Under the pieces are notes generated by a model. That model did no database searches, was not told the origin of the DNA, and worked only from the letters and a program-made list of their open reading frames with translations. Made by a program: the position numbers and the translations under genes. Positions 19,738 through 28,899 of a DNA stretch of 64,000 bases are shown piece after piece. How positions within the stretch are numbered: the stretch's first letter is position 1; every line of letters begins with the position of its first letter. This DNA is from an uncultured virus (IMG/VR IMGVR_UViG_3300028920_000031) (lineage: Duplodnaviria; Heunggongvirae; Uroviricota; Caudoviricetes), in IMG/VR virus record IMGVR_UViG_3300028920_000031; one strand, written 5' to 3'.

Positions 19738-20198
19738 CGCCACTCCTCCACCAGCCTGTCGAACTCCTCGCGGCCGCCGGAAAGAGCCATGGAGGCCACC
19801 GGCCTGACGTCCGTCTGCCTGTCTATCTCCTCGGCCGTCAGGTTCGAAGCCCAGTAGTCGTTGTACGCCATGTAAACTTCCGGCGGCCACTTCCGCCCCC
19901 CGGACAGCGACGTCGACGGACCCTTGTACTGGAACTCGCCCGTGGAGGCCAGCTCGACATGTTCGAGAGGCAGCTCCACCCGGATCACCACGTCTCCGTA
20001 GGAGTCGGCGCCGAGATTGCCCGTGGCGTCCGTTCCCGACTCGACCGCCGAGAGAAAGTCGCCGTAGCGCAGGTCCCGCAAGACCTCCCTGGAAACGTTG
20101 CCGCCCCGGTAGAGCACGACCTTGCCGCCCCGAACCTCGGCCCCGTGTTGCCTGAAGAGGTCGGCCTTCGATATCGCATAGCGCAGGAACCAGCTCAT
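19734..20198 (-). CDS. Tagged ART-like protein (R-type)
   Basis: MSWFLRYA; VLYRG, YGDFLS, SYG.V, GEFQY. Confidence 0.65.
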   Translation of the reverse strand: MSWFLRYAISKADLFRQHGAEVRGGKVVLYRGGNVSREVLRDLRYGDFLSAVESGTDATGNLGADSYGDVVIRVELPLEHVELASTGEFQYKGPSTSLSGGRKWPPEVYMAYNDYWASNLTAEEIDRQTDVRPVASMALSGGREEFDRLVEEWR

Positions 20199-20848
20199 CG
20201 CCACTCCTCCTGCGAGATTATCTTCACCGCCGACGGGTCCACGACCAGATAGGAGTCCTTTCCGCGGTTCTCCACGTCGTTGCGGTAGACGAAGCCGGAA
20301 ACGCCCCGCGAAATCAGCATCTCCGTGAGGGCGTCCCACTCCTCCCCGACGCGGCCGCTCCGCGCGAGAGTCCAGATCCGGTCCTTCTCCTCCGGGGCCA
20401 GGGCGATCTCGTCCGGCAGGTTCGCGATCACGTCCCTGAGGCTCCAGAGCCCGAGGTCCGGCATCCTGTAGAACGGCGGCCGCAGCCACGCCTCCGTCAG
20501 CATCGCCTCCGGCGGATCCGCGTACTCCGCCGACTGCAGGGCCTCGACCTCCCCGGCTTCCCGGGCGTCGGACTCCGTCGGATAGGTCTCGAAACTGTCC
20601 GTTCCCAGAAGTTCGTAGCCCCACTCCCCCGATTCTTCGTCGTAGACCGTCTCCACCGTCGAAAGCACCGAGTCCGCGATCCCCGAGCCCCCCACGCGCT
20701 CCTCGGCCGCCTCGCGCGTCCCGAAATGCGTCCAAGGCTCGATCTCCGACTCTCCGCCCAGGCCGAAGTCCCCGGCGTGGTAGACCGGGCCTATCGTGAA
20801 GCCCCGAGAGGCAGAAGAATCGTCAGAATATCGGGTGAACCAGCTCAT
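20195..20848 (-). CDS. Tagged ART-PolyVal-like protein
   Basis: MSWFTRYS; PVYHAG, THFGT.EAA, GFVYRNDVE..SYLVVDP. Confidence 0.7.
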   Translation of the reverse strand: MSWFTRYSDDSSASRGFTIGPVYHAGDFGLGGESEIEPWTHFGTREAAEERVGGSGIADSVLSTVETVYDEESGEWGYELLGTDSFETYPTESDAREAGEVEALQSAEYADPPEAMLTEAWLRPPFYRMPDLGLWSLRDVIANLPDEIALAPEEKDRIWTLARSGRVGEEWDALTEMLISRGVSGFVYRNDVENRGKDSYLVVDPSAVKIISQEEWR

Positions 20849-20855
20849 AGGATAA

Positions 20856-20884
20856 TTATACGCCGGGAACGTCCCCTGAACCTG
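20856..20884 (-). promoter_or_regulatory. Class II promoter-like motif CAGG-N19-GTATAA
   Basis: Heads the tagged-gene operon. Confidence 0.55.
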
Positions 20885-20989
20885 CTCGGGCGGCGGCGCA
20901 ATTCCTGTTTTCGCGAAGCGAAACCGCCGCCGGCCAAAAAAAATTCCGGCCGAGGCTTGAATTCGGCTCCTCGGGCGACATATTAGGGC

Positions 20990-21706
20990 ATGATAGCGGA
21001 TTTCCCGAAAATCTATTGTCCGTTCATACGGAAAATCTTCCGGGTAGACGAGGACGACTGGCGGGAGCGCGGCAGTCGGCTGCAGCTCAGATCCCCGGAG
21101 GCATACCTTGCCGTGGACGCCGTCAATCCCGGATATGAATGGGTATTCGACCACCCCGACACCTTCGCGGTCGAAAAGCTGGATGGCTCCAACGTCAAGA
21201 TCCTCGCCGAAAACGGGAGGATTGCCGCGGCCCGCAACAGGACGAACGACATCGACCTCCTTAAAATCGGGTCCGGAAAGATGTTCCTCGCAGAAGGAAT
21301 CCTTCTCGCCGCCGCCAAGGGCAGGCTGCAGCCCGACGGAATTCAGGCGGGAGAAGTCGTCGGACCCAAGCTCCAGGGAAACCCGTATCATCTGCTCGTG
21401 CACGAATGGTACCCGTTCGACCTCGCCGCCGAGCAGCTGAGATACAAGTCGTTCCACAAGCACGACAGGACCTTCGACAACTGGAGCTCGTGGTTCAGGG
21501 ATTATCTCTTCTCCCTGTTCTACAGGAAAAACCGCCCCAGGCTCCCGGACGCCCCTGAAAGCGTAATGGCGGAAGGAGTCGTCTTCTACAACCTCGCCAG
21601 AAAGGCCGAAGGCAAGACTTGGATGGCGAAGCTGAGACGGGACATGTTCGACTGGTACTACGAGGGAATCAAGATCCCGGAATACGACAAGGGCGCTAGC
21701 GCGTGA
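20990..21706 (+). CDS. RNA ligase (nucleotidyltransferase family)
   Basis: Motif I EKLDGSN, GEVVGPKLQGNP, EGVVF, MAKLR. Confidence 0.8.
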   Translation: MIADFPKIYCPFIRKIFRVDEDDWRERGSRLQLRSPEAYLAVDAVNPGYEWVFDHPDTFAVEKLDGSNVKILAENGRIAAARNRTNDIDLLKIGSGKMFLAEGILLAAAKGRLQPDGIQAGEVVGPKLQGNPYHLLVHEWYPFDLAAEQLRYKSFHKHDRTFDNWSSWFRDYLFSLFYRKNRPRLPDAPESVMAEGVVFYNLARKAEGKTWMAKLRRDMFDWYYEGIKIPEYDKGASA

Positions 21707-22326
21707 ATCAGAAAGAGAGCAAGAAGAGAGAGGCCTACTACGCCGACGAGACCGCCCTGCCGCCGGAATGCGACTGCATGTGCCCGTTCAGGCCCTGCTT
21801 CAGCAAGTACGAGAACAAGGGCAGCTTCTCGCCCGGAAGAGGCTACACCTCATACTCCGAGACGTTCCGGCCGGCATGCGGAACCAGGCTGTCAAGGGGA
21901 TGCCCGGCGTGGAGAGGAAAGCCGGACGACAGGGTCGATATCCGCCGAGCGCTGGAAACGGCCGCAGAACAGCTGGAAGCCGAAAAGCGCAGGCCGCGGA
22001 CGGCAAGGGAGAAAAAGCTGCACCGGCGGGCGCTGGACATCGTGAAGGCCGCCGCAAGGCTCGCGGGCATGAGGAAGCAGCATGCCGAATTGACCAGAAT
22101 GTGGCACAGGACCTCCGAGCTCCTGCCGCGCCAAACTCCCGGTGCCAAGGCCTTCGTCCTCATGTGGTCGGCGGGATGGGCTGCCCATGTCTACGGAATG
22201 TTCACGAACAGGGACGACGGCATTTTCGAGTGGGCGTCGTACGATCCTGTCGAAGACAGGTTCCACGACTGGCCGGAAGTGCCGGAATGGTGGTGCGAAG
22301 TAGAGCGGCCCGAGGCACCAGCCTAA
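21703..22326 (+). CDS. Hypothetical Cys-rich protein
   Basis: GTGA-coupled ORF. Confidence 0.6.
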   Translation: MNQKESKKREAYYADETALPPECDCMCPFRPCFSKYENKGSFSPGRGYTSYSETFRPACGTRLSRGCPAWRGKPDDRVDIRRALETAAEQLEAEKRRPRTAREKKLHRRALDIVKAAARLAGMRKQHAELTRMWHRTSELLPRQTPGAKAFVLMWSAGWAAHVYGMFTNRDDGIFEWASYDPVEDRFHDWPEVPEWWCEVERPEAPA

Positions 22327-22496
22327 TTCTGCCGCCAAGAATCTCCGCTTCCGGCCGGCAGCGAAACATTTGAGTTTCACAAGGCGAAACCGCTACCGGG
22401 CATGCGGTGTTCCGCATGAATCAGATCCGCGGGCTCGAACGCCTGCCACGCTTCCGCCCTCGCGTCGATTCGGCAGAAGTTCTGCGCGGCTCGAGT

Positions 22497-22721
22497 TCAT
22501 TGGGCTTCATCGGGCGATTTTTCGGCCTTCTCCTCGGTCTTCTTCTCGGGCCCCTCCCAGACACGTTCGATTGAAGGCTTCAAACCTTCGTCCTGCGCCT
22601 TTTTCGCTATGATGCATCCTCCGATCAGGAGTCCGCCCACGACGAGCACGATGACGAAAACGACAAAGATGATAATGCCGGCGGCGATAAGTTCAATCAG
22701 AGTGAACGGCTTCTTCTTCAT
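22497..22721 (-). CDS. Small prepilin-type N-methylation membrane protein
   Basis: MKKKPFTLIELI followed by a hydrophobic helix; own promoter at 22777. Confidence 0.75.
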   Translation of the reverse strand: MKKKPFTLIELIAAGIIIFVVFVIVLVVGGLLIGGCIIAKKAQDEGLKPSIERVWEGPEKKTEEKAEKSPDEAQ

Positions 22722-22826
22722 GATATGCTCCAAATAAGTAATGTTGAATGGAGCAATATAGCATGAATGACGGCAATGTCAAGCGGATTATTCCGCCAAG
22801 CTGGAAATGCGGCGGACCGGCATCGG

Positions 22827-23216
22827 CTAGTCCATCCACTCCACGTCCTCCAGCGGAACCTCCAGGCCCGCCAGATCGTGCGTGCAGTCCTCCAGGAACC
22901 TCGCGGTCCCGCCGTTCACGAGGCTGTGGCAGACGTGCTCCTCGGGAGGGTCGACGCGCTCCCCCGCCGCGATCCGCCCGATTTCCTCTTCCGTGACGTC
23001 TCTGCGGCCCCGAGTCCTGATGCTGGGCTTCAGCGTCGGCGCCTCGACGTCCCCGTTCCAAGTCCAGCGCGCGGACTCCCGGCGGGAACCCCGCGTGATC
23101 ACCGGCAGGATCCGGCGGGGCAGCGGACCCGGCATCTGCAAGGCAACGTGCGTGGCCTCCCCGGGCTCGCACCTCGAGTAGGCTCCGTCCTCGAGTCTCA
23201 GGGGGAGGGCCTTCAT
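22827..23216 (-). CDS. DUF6527-like protein
   Basis: WTWNGDVEAPTLKPSI...CHSLV..G..FLEDCTH.LAG. Confidence 0.65.
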   Translation of the reverse strand: MKALPLRLEDGAYSRCEPGEATHVALQMPGPLPRRILPVITRGSRRESARWTWNGDVEAPTLKPSIRTRGRRDVTEEEIGRIAAGERVDPPEEHVCHSLVNGGTARFLEDCTHDLAGLEVPLEDVEWMD

Positions 23217-23479
23217 TCGGTCCGTTCGAAATAGACGCGGCGATTCGTCTTGACGTCGTGTCCGATATAGACGCCTTCCCCCAAATATTCCTTGACGTTC
23301 ACGGTACGGCCGTCGACTTTGACGAGAGTTCCGGGATCGAGCTCTTCTTTGTCCTGCTTCGATACGGAGGGTCTGTTGCGCCTGAGACGGCTCCATCCGG
23401 CTCTCTTGCCAATGTCCAGCCATTCGGACTTGGACATGATGATCTTTTTCCTGCCGTTCGATGCCGTCTTGATATGCAT
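23213..23479 (-). CDS. IKTA-leader family protein
   Basis: MHIKTASNGRKKIIMSKSEWLDIGKRAGW. Confidence 0.75.
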   Translation of the reverse strand: MHIKTASNGRKKIIMSKSEWLDIGKRAGWSRLRRNRPSVSKQDKEELDPGTLVKVDGRTVNVKEYLGEGVYIGHDVKTNRRVYFERTE

Positions 23480-23518
23480 GATGGCGTTACCGATGTCGTT
23501 CAAGTGGTTTCAACTGAA

Positions 23519-23547
23519 TTATACAAGATCTTCGAAGGAGTTTCCTT
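23519..23547 (-). promoter_or_regulatory. Class II promoter-like motif AAGG-N19-GTATAA
   Basis: Upstream of the IKTA gene. Confidence 0.55.
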
Positions 23548-23559
23548 CACAGGGCCACT

Positions 23560-23770
23560 GGGGAACCCCTCCCCTGAAAACACCCCCCCTTGTTGCCTAA
23601 AAACGCGGCAATGCCCTGAATCTCGGCAATGCCTGTTTGGGGAACCCCTTTAGAAAAAACCTGTTCACTGAAATGGCGATGGGGAACCCCCTGAAAAATA
23701 AAGGGGGGGCGCCTAGCCCTTGGGGGAACCCCCCCGCTAGAAAAAGACCCTTTCATTTTTATAGGGGTTT
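23560..23770. repeat. Non-coding GGGGAACCCC x4 with A-tracts
   Basis: Copies at 23560, 23639, 23681, 23723. Confidence 0.85.
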
Positions 23771-24415
23771 TTGCCTGTGCCGCGCACACTTCAACCCCGT
23801 CCGTTGCCGTATGCACCGCTGCCCGCCGGCGTCAGTTCGGCCACTTCCCCAGGTCCTCCTTCGGTTTTCGGCTGATGCGCACGCCAAGCGTCTGCAGCAT
23901 GGCTGGGGATGTGGCATGCAGTGGGCAAGGAGGGCTTGAAGATGCTGGGCGGTCTGGAGGTCGGAGCGTCGGGACGCCATGCGTGCGGGGCATGTAAAAA
24001 GCTCCGCCTTGTAACGGAGGCTCGAAAGCTGGAAAGCTCGGATGTCGCTCTTCTCAATCTTGCCGCGTGTCAAGCATGAACTGTGCGGCGTGGCAGAAGA
24101 TCGCGTCGTTGCGGCGTCGCTTGCCGCCAACTTGGTTCTGGGGGACGCGCCGCGCCGTCGTTGCCGTGCAGGTCAGACGAGGCCGGTCTCTGGTTCGCGA
24201 GCGGATCGACGGCCCGGTTCAGGCGCTCACTCCAAGGAATCCGGTAGCAGTATGCAGACAGGCGACAAGCTGCGGGCGTCCTGTGCGGGCCTCGGGGGTC
24301 GGGTCGGGTCCAGAGCACGGGTGCGGTCGTCTTCGTCCCTGTGCGGCGGTTCTGCGTCCTCCTGCGGGCATTCTCGTTCTTCGGGTCTGGTCGGGGCGTA
24401 TGGCGGGGCGTGGGC

Positions 24416-24450
24416 AAAAGAAAAGCCCCTGCCCGATGTCGGGCAGGGGC
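24416..24450 (-). terminator. Intrinsic terminator
   Basis: GCCCCTGCCCGA..TCGGGCAGGGGC hairpin plus U-tract; paralogous copy near 26417-26453. Confidence 0.75.
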
Positions 24451-24466
24451 GGGAGGCTTGGGAGGC

Positions 24467-25168
24467 TTACGCCTGCTGTTCGCGGGGTTCCTCGCGGGAT
24501 TCCTCGCGGTCGGCTTCGGCGATCTCTCCGCCTTCGACTTCGGCGAGAACTTCGTATTCCTCGCCGTTGTGGCGGAAGGCTACGAGCGACTCCAGCTTGT
24601 AGACGCGGGGGACAGTCAGAACGTCAACTTCCTTTTCTGTGACGTTGCCGTTGTCGTCAGTCACCTTAATCGTGAGCGTTTTCACTGTGACCTTGGACTC
24701 TTGCAGACCTTCAATGTCGTCCTTGGCGATGGGGTTGCCGTCAAGGGTGTAGCGGACGGTTGGCCTCAGTTTCTTGTCGATGCTCGGCTTGCCCGATTTC
24801 GGATAGTAGACGTTGATATACCGTGCGTCCGTTTCCCCGTGACGGATAACGGCACCTTTGAGGCGTTCGCCGCATCCGTTCCACAGACCTTCAATGCGTG
24901 TCGGCACGACCTCGATTTGCTCGGAGGTGAGGTCAAAACCTTCGTTCTCGCGGTACTGCTTGAACGCCTTGTTTTCGATGATGGTTTTGAAAGTGACCTT
25001 CTCGCCGCAGAATATCCGTGCCGTGGTGTGTTTGACAACGCGACCTTGGTGCGGGTTGCTCTTGCCTTTGCTGAGGCGGGGCACCGTGGTGGTGGTGATG
25101 CCGACAAATGCACAGCCTTGGATGCTGGCGAAGATTTCTTCGGCTTGCTGGCGGGTGATGGTCTGCAT
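24467..25168 (-). CDS. Hypothetical protein (duplication unit 1)
   Basis: Promoter plus AAAGGAG RBS; C-term EVEGGEI shared with 26482-27243. Confidence 0.8.
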   Translation of the reverse strand: MQTITRQQAEEIFASIQGCAFVGITTTTVPRLSKGKSNPHQGRVVKHTTARIFCGEKVTFKTIIENKAFKQYRENEGFDLTSEQIEVVPTRIEGLWNGCGERLKGAVIRHGETDARYINVYYPKSGKPSIDKKLRPTVRYTLDGNPIAKDDIEGLQESKVTVKTLTIKVTDDNGNVTEKEVDVLTVPRVYKLESLVAFRHNGEEYEVLAEVEGGEIAEADREESREEPREQQA

Positions 25169-25449
25169 GGGGTCTCCTTTGTCGGGTTGTTGGTTACTGG
25201 TGCCAATGTAGCATACATAATATGTATGTCAAGCCAACTTGGAAAGAAATTCCGAAAAAATCGAGGTTCTGGCTCAGTCGGGATTCTGGGGAACGCACAC
25301 TCCAAGCAGGCGGTCTGGAGGCGTCAGGGCGTCATGGGGCGGATGCCCACTCCAAGCATTTTCGTTGTCGTGTGCGGTTTCGGCGGGATCTGACGGCCGA
25401 CCGTGCCGTCTTTTTGGACGGCTCTGGTCGGTGTCGTTGCGGCCCGGTT

Positions 25450-25703
25450 TCAGATCTCTTCGGTCTCTTTGTCGTCGAGATCTTCGCGGCTTTCGGGATC
25501 TTCGAGGTCTTCGAGATCGAAGTCGCCCTCTTCGAGTTCGTTTCCGAATGCCTCGATGTTGCAGCCGTCGAGATAGAAGGTCGCCCCCTCGTCTTCCACG
25601 CGCCTGCCGAATACGTTCTCGTCCTCGCTGACGGCGATGTCGCCGTCTCGCTTGTCGGATTCCGCCAGCCCGATCCTTCCGAACAGTTTTTTGTTGCGGG
25701 CAT
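25450..25703 (-). pseudogene. Acidic protein paralog, frameshifted at an A-run
   Basis: MPATK in one frame, KLFGR...YLDG.. in another; intact paralog at 27569-27811. Confidence 0.55.
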
Positions 25704-26481
25704 GTCCCTTCTCCTTCTGCCGGGCGTTCTTCTGCCGGATTTCGGCGGTCATGCACTGCGTCCCTCGTCGGGCAATGTCGCCTCTGGTCAAGCAGTGGCA
25801 AGCGGAGGCCAGCCTAATTTGCATTGAAGTGTGCGCAAGAGGTGTCCGGCCGCCTCGATTTCGCGCTGCCGGCGGTGTCGGATCCACGGGTTCCGACCTC
25901 AAAAACAGTGGGGTAGACAAAGCTCAGGAGGTGGTTAAGGCTCGGCCCCGGGCGGTGCGCACTTCAAGAAATCGGGGAGGCCTTTGGGGTCCCGGGTCTT
26001 GCAGTATGCGCGTGAGGCATATTCCGGGTGTGGCCGTGCTGGCCGTCAGGCGCCCCCGATCGACAGGGGCTGCTCGTGCAGGCACGGAGCGCGTCAGCGG
26101 GCGTCGCAGGCATCCAGTGCGTGTCTGCGGGCATTCAGTGGGCGAGCGCAGGCATTCAGTGGGCGGGAAGAGCAAAAGAGGGCGGCCTCGCTTGACAGCC
26201 TGGCCGCCAGGATCGACGGCCCGGTCCAGGCGCCCACTCCAAGGAATCCGGTAGCAGTGTGCAGACGAGCGGCGGCCCACGCAGACTTCGGGGTTCGGGG
26301 TTCGGGGTAGGGCAAGGCTGTGGCAACTCCCGCTTGCGTTCCTGTACGGCGTGTCTGCGTCCTTCTGCGGGGGTGTTTCCGCGATTCGAGTCGCAGGGTT
26401 TTTTGCGGGACGTGGGCAAAAGAAAAGCCCCTGCCCGACATTGGGGCAGGGGCAACGTCCTTTCGGGCGTCTGACGCCCTG

Positions 26482-27243
26482 CTATGCGTTCTGCGTGGCG
26501 GGTTCCGCAACTTCGGCGGGAGCGGTTTCGCTTTCGCGGATTTCTCCGCCCTCGACCTCGGGAACGTGGACGATTTCGTAAATCCTGTTGTCGTAGCAGA
26601 ACCGCACCACGTTGTTCAGCGTGAAGTCGCGGCAGAATACGGCGTCTTCCGTCGCCACTCCCTGCGAGGCGGCTTGTGCCTGCCGCTTCTGTCGCCTTGC
26701 CTCGGGCCAGTCGCCAAGGCTCATGATGCATTTGACCCGCTCGAACTCGACGGGGTTTCCGTCCATGTCCTGCAATTCGCTTTCCACGTGGACGCACGAT
26801 TTCTGATTCAGGCGAATCTGCAAGTAGAACTTGCCGTTGCGTTTTTCGGGGTTCGCGTGGACGTAGACGAGCGGCGAGCCGTTGTACCGCACTGCCCACG
26901 AATGGGGACGCTCGGGGTAGTCGGCTTCAAGTCCCGCACGTTCGCGGGCGTTGTCCACCGCCTTTTTGAAGCTGTCCATTGAACGGATGCTCAGGCGGCT
27001 GAAACGGCGGAGAATTCCCGAAGGAACCACTGTGCTGGCGGGAATTTTGGCGTTGTTTTCGTCGAGTACGTCATCGCGTTTCTGCCTGCCGTTGCAGGAG
27101 TAGGGTTCGCCCTTGACGGTCTTGACGGTCGTGACGGTCGTGTGGGCTTCCAGCCACCCGAGCAGGTTGAGCCTGATGGAGGGTTGACAAAGGATGTCGG
27201 CGGCGCCTCTCGGCGTGATTTGGATTGTGTCTTGGTTCGGCAT
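26482..27243 (-). CDS. Hypothetical protein (duplication unit 2)
   Basis: Promoter plus RBS; distant paralog of 24467-25168. Confidence 0.8.
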   Translation of the reverse strand: MPNQDTIQITPRGAADILCQPSIRLNLLGWLEAHTTVTTVKTVKGEPYSCNGRQKRDDVLDENNAKIPASTVVPSGILRRFSRLSIRSMDSFKKAVDNARERAGLEADYPERPHSWAVRYNGSPLVYVHANPEKRNGKFYLQIRLNQKSCVHVESELQDMDGNPVEFERVKCIMSLGDWPEARRQKRQAQAASQGVATEDAVFCRDFTLNNVVRFCYDNRIYEIVHVPEVEGGEIRESETAPAEVAEPATQNA

Positions 27244-27568
27244 TCGGAGTCTCCTTTTTGGCGGGTTAACTTTAAGTTAAGTTCTACTGTACGGTAGCAC
27301 GTCAACACGTAATGTCAAGCCAATTTGGAGAAATGGGGCATTTTTTTTGGAAAGGGTGCGGCGGGTGATGCGGACGGCATTCGTCGGAGTCGGCGCGGTC
27401 GGCGGCGGCGGTGTTTCCGCCTGCGCCAGGCGTTGCTTGTTCGCGGTTTCCGGTCTGGATGGCGCCGACGCCAAAGATCGGAGTTGCAGTTGGCGCGGAC
27501 GCGATTGGCGACGAGGCCGCCGGGCGAAGCATGTGAACAGGCTTTCGCACGGATCTGACTTGGATATT

Positions 27569-27811
27569 TCAGTTCCGGCCGTCAACGGCAAAGCCGTTCT
27601 CGTCCTCTTCGTCGAAGTCGTCCTCTTCGAGTTCGTCGCCGAACGCCTCGGCATCGTAGCCGTCGAGGTAGGGGATCACTCCTCCTTCTTCGTCCACGCA
27701 CCTGCCGAAGTCGTCGTCTTTGTCTTCGTCGTCTTCGTCGTTCAACATGTCTTCCCACGTGTCGGGCTCTTCGTCCTCGACCCTGCCGAACAGTTTCCGC
27801 ATTGCAGGCAT
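27569..27811 (-). CDS. Small highly acidic protein (possible DNA mimic)
   Basis: D/E-rich 80 aa, AAAGGAG RBS. Confidence 0.7.
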   Translation of the reverse strand: MPAMRKLFGRVEDEEPDTWEDMLNDEDDEDKDDDFGRCVDEEGGVIPYLDGYDAEAFGDELEEDDFDEEDENGFAVDGRN

Positions 27812-28612
27812 TGATTCCGCTCCTTTGTGCCGGGTTCGCCTCTTACGGATTGCGGCGGTCCGCGCAGGGCCGCCCCTCGTAAAAGGAATATGTGCGGCAG
27901 AATCGGAGATTGCAAGCGAAAGTCAAGCCAATTTCCCTTAAAGTGTGCGCGAGAGGTGGCATCTGGGTATCCAGCCAGGAGACTCTCCTGGCTGTTTTGG
28001 CGGGCGGCCATCGTTGCCGCACGAGGCGGAGTCTGCCTCGGAGTCGGACTGTCCGCGACTGCATCGGCGCTTGTCACAGCGGGTTGTCGGACGACCAGCT
28101 CGGCCAGCTCGGCCAGCGCTCACTCCAAGATATCGGGAGACTTGGAGGCTTGGCGTGAGCGCAGAGGGCATTTCCCGGCTTCGGCCAGGCGAGCAGCTCG
28201 GCGATTCCGTTGCGCGGATGTCGCCGGCGTCGCGGGCGGGCGCGGGCATTCAGTGGGCGGGCGCGGGCATTCGGTGGGCGGGAAGGACAAGGAGGGGAAC
28301 CTTGCCCGGCAGCCCGGCAGGCGATGTTCCGTCGCGCATGGAGATGTCGGGCGGCCGGAAGAAAAACGAGTCCCGCGGTGCTTAGGCCGCAGGACTCGCA
28401 TCGGGGGGATGGGTTGTGTATCTAGCTTATTATACTGCAGGACATCTGCGATTCAAGCGGTTTCGCGAAAAAAAACGAGCCCCCTTCCGCAGGGGGCTCT
28501 ACCCGTTTGGAGACTGAGGCCGCTAGGGGCCTCTCGAAGTCTGTTTAGTCGGCATTGTCGGCGCAAGACGTGCCGAACTGCATGTTCCACTTGAGGGTTG
28601 TCAGCATGCCGC

Positions 28613-28855
28613 TCATGACCGCTCCCAGCGTTTGGCCAGAATCGCCTTGGTCTGTTCCTCGGTGGCGACGGCGATGGACGGCGGCGGCGTGTTGGAGACG
28701 TCGAAGCCGCAGACGGCATCGATAGTCGCGAGCACGACGGGCCGGGGTGTGACGAGACCGTGCCTTTCGGCGCGGTACTGCGAGACGGCTTCGGGGAACA
28801 AGGCGATGCCTTTGTCTCGGAGTCTCTGGAGGTCTGCTTCGCTTCTGATCTTCAT
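28613..28855 (-). CDS. Hypothetical protein
   Basis: Promoter cassette plus RBS. Confidence 0.7.
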   Translation of the reverse strand: MKIRSEADLQRLRDKGIALFPEAVSQYRAERHGLVTPRPVVLATIDAVCGFDVSNTPPPSIAVATEEQTKAILAKRWERS

Positions 28856-28899
28856 TTCGGGTCTCCTTTGCCGGGGTTTACGCGCAACGTGGCATGTAT

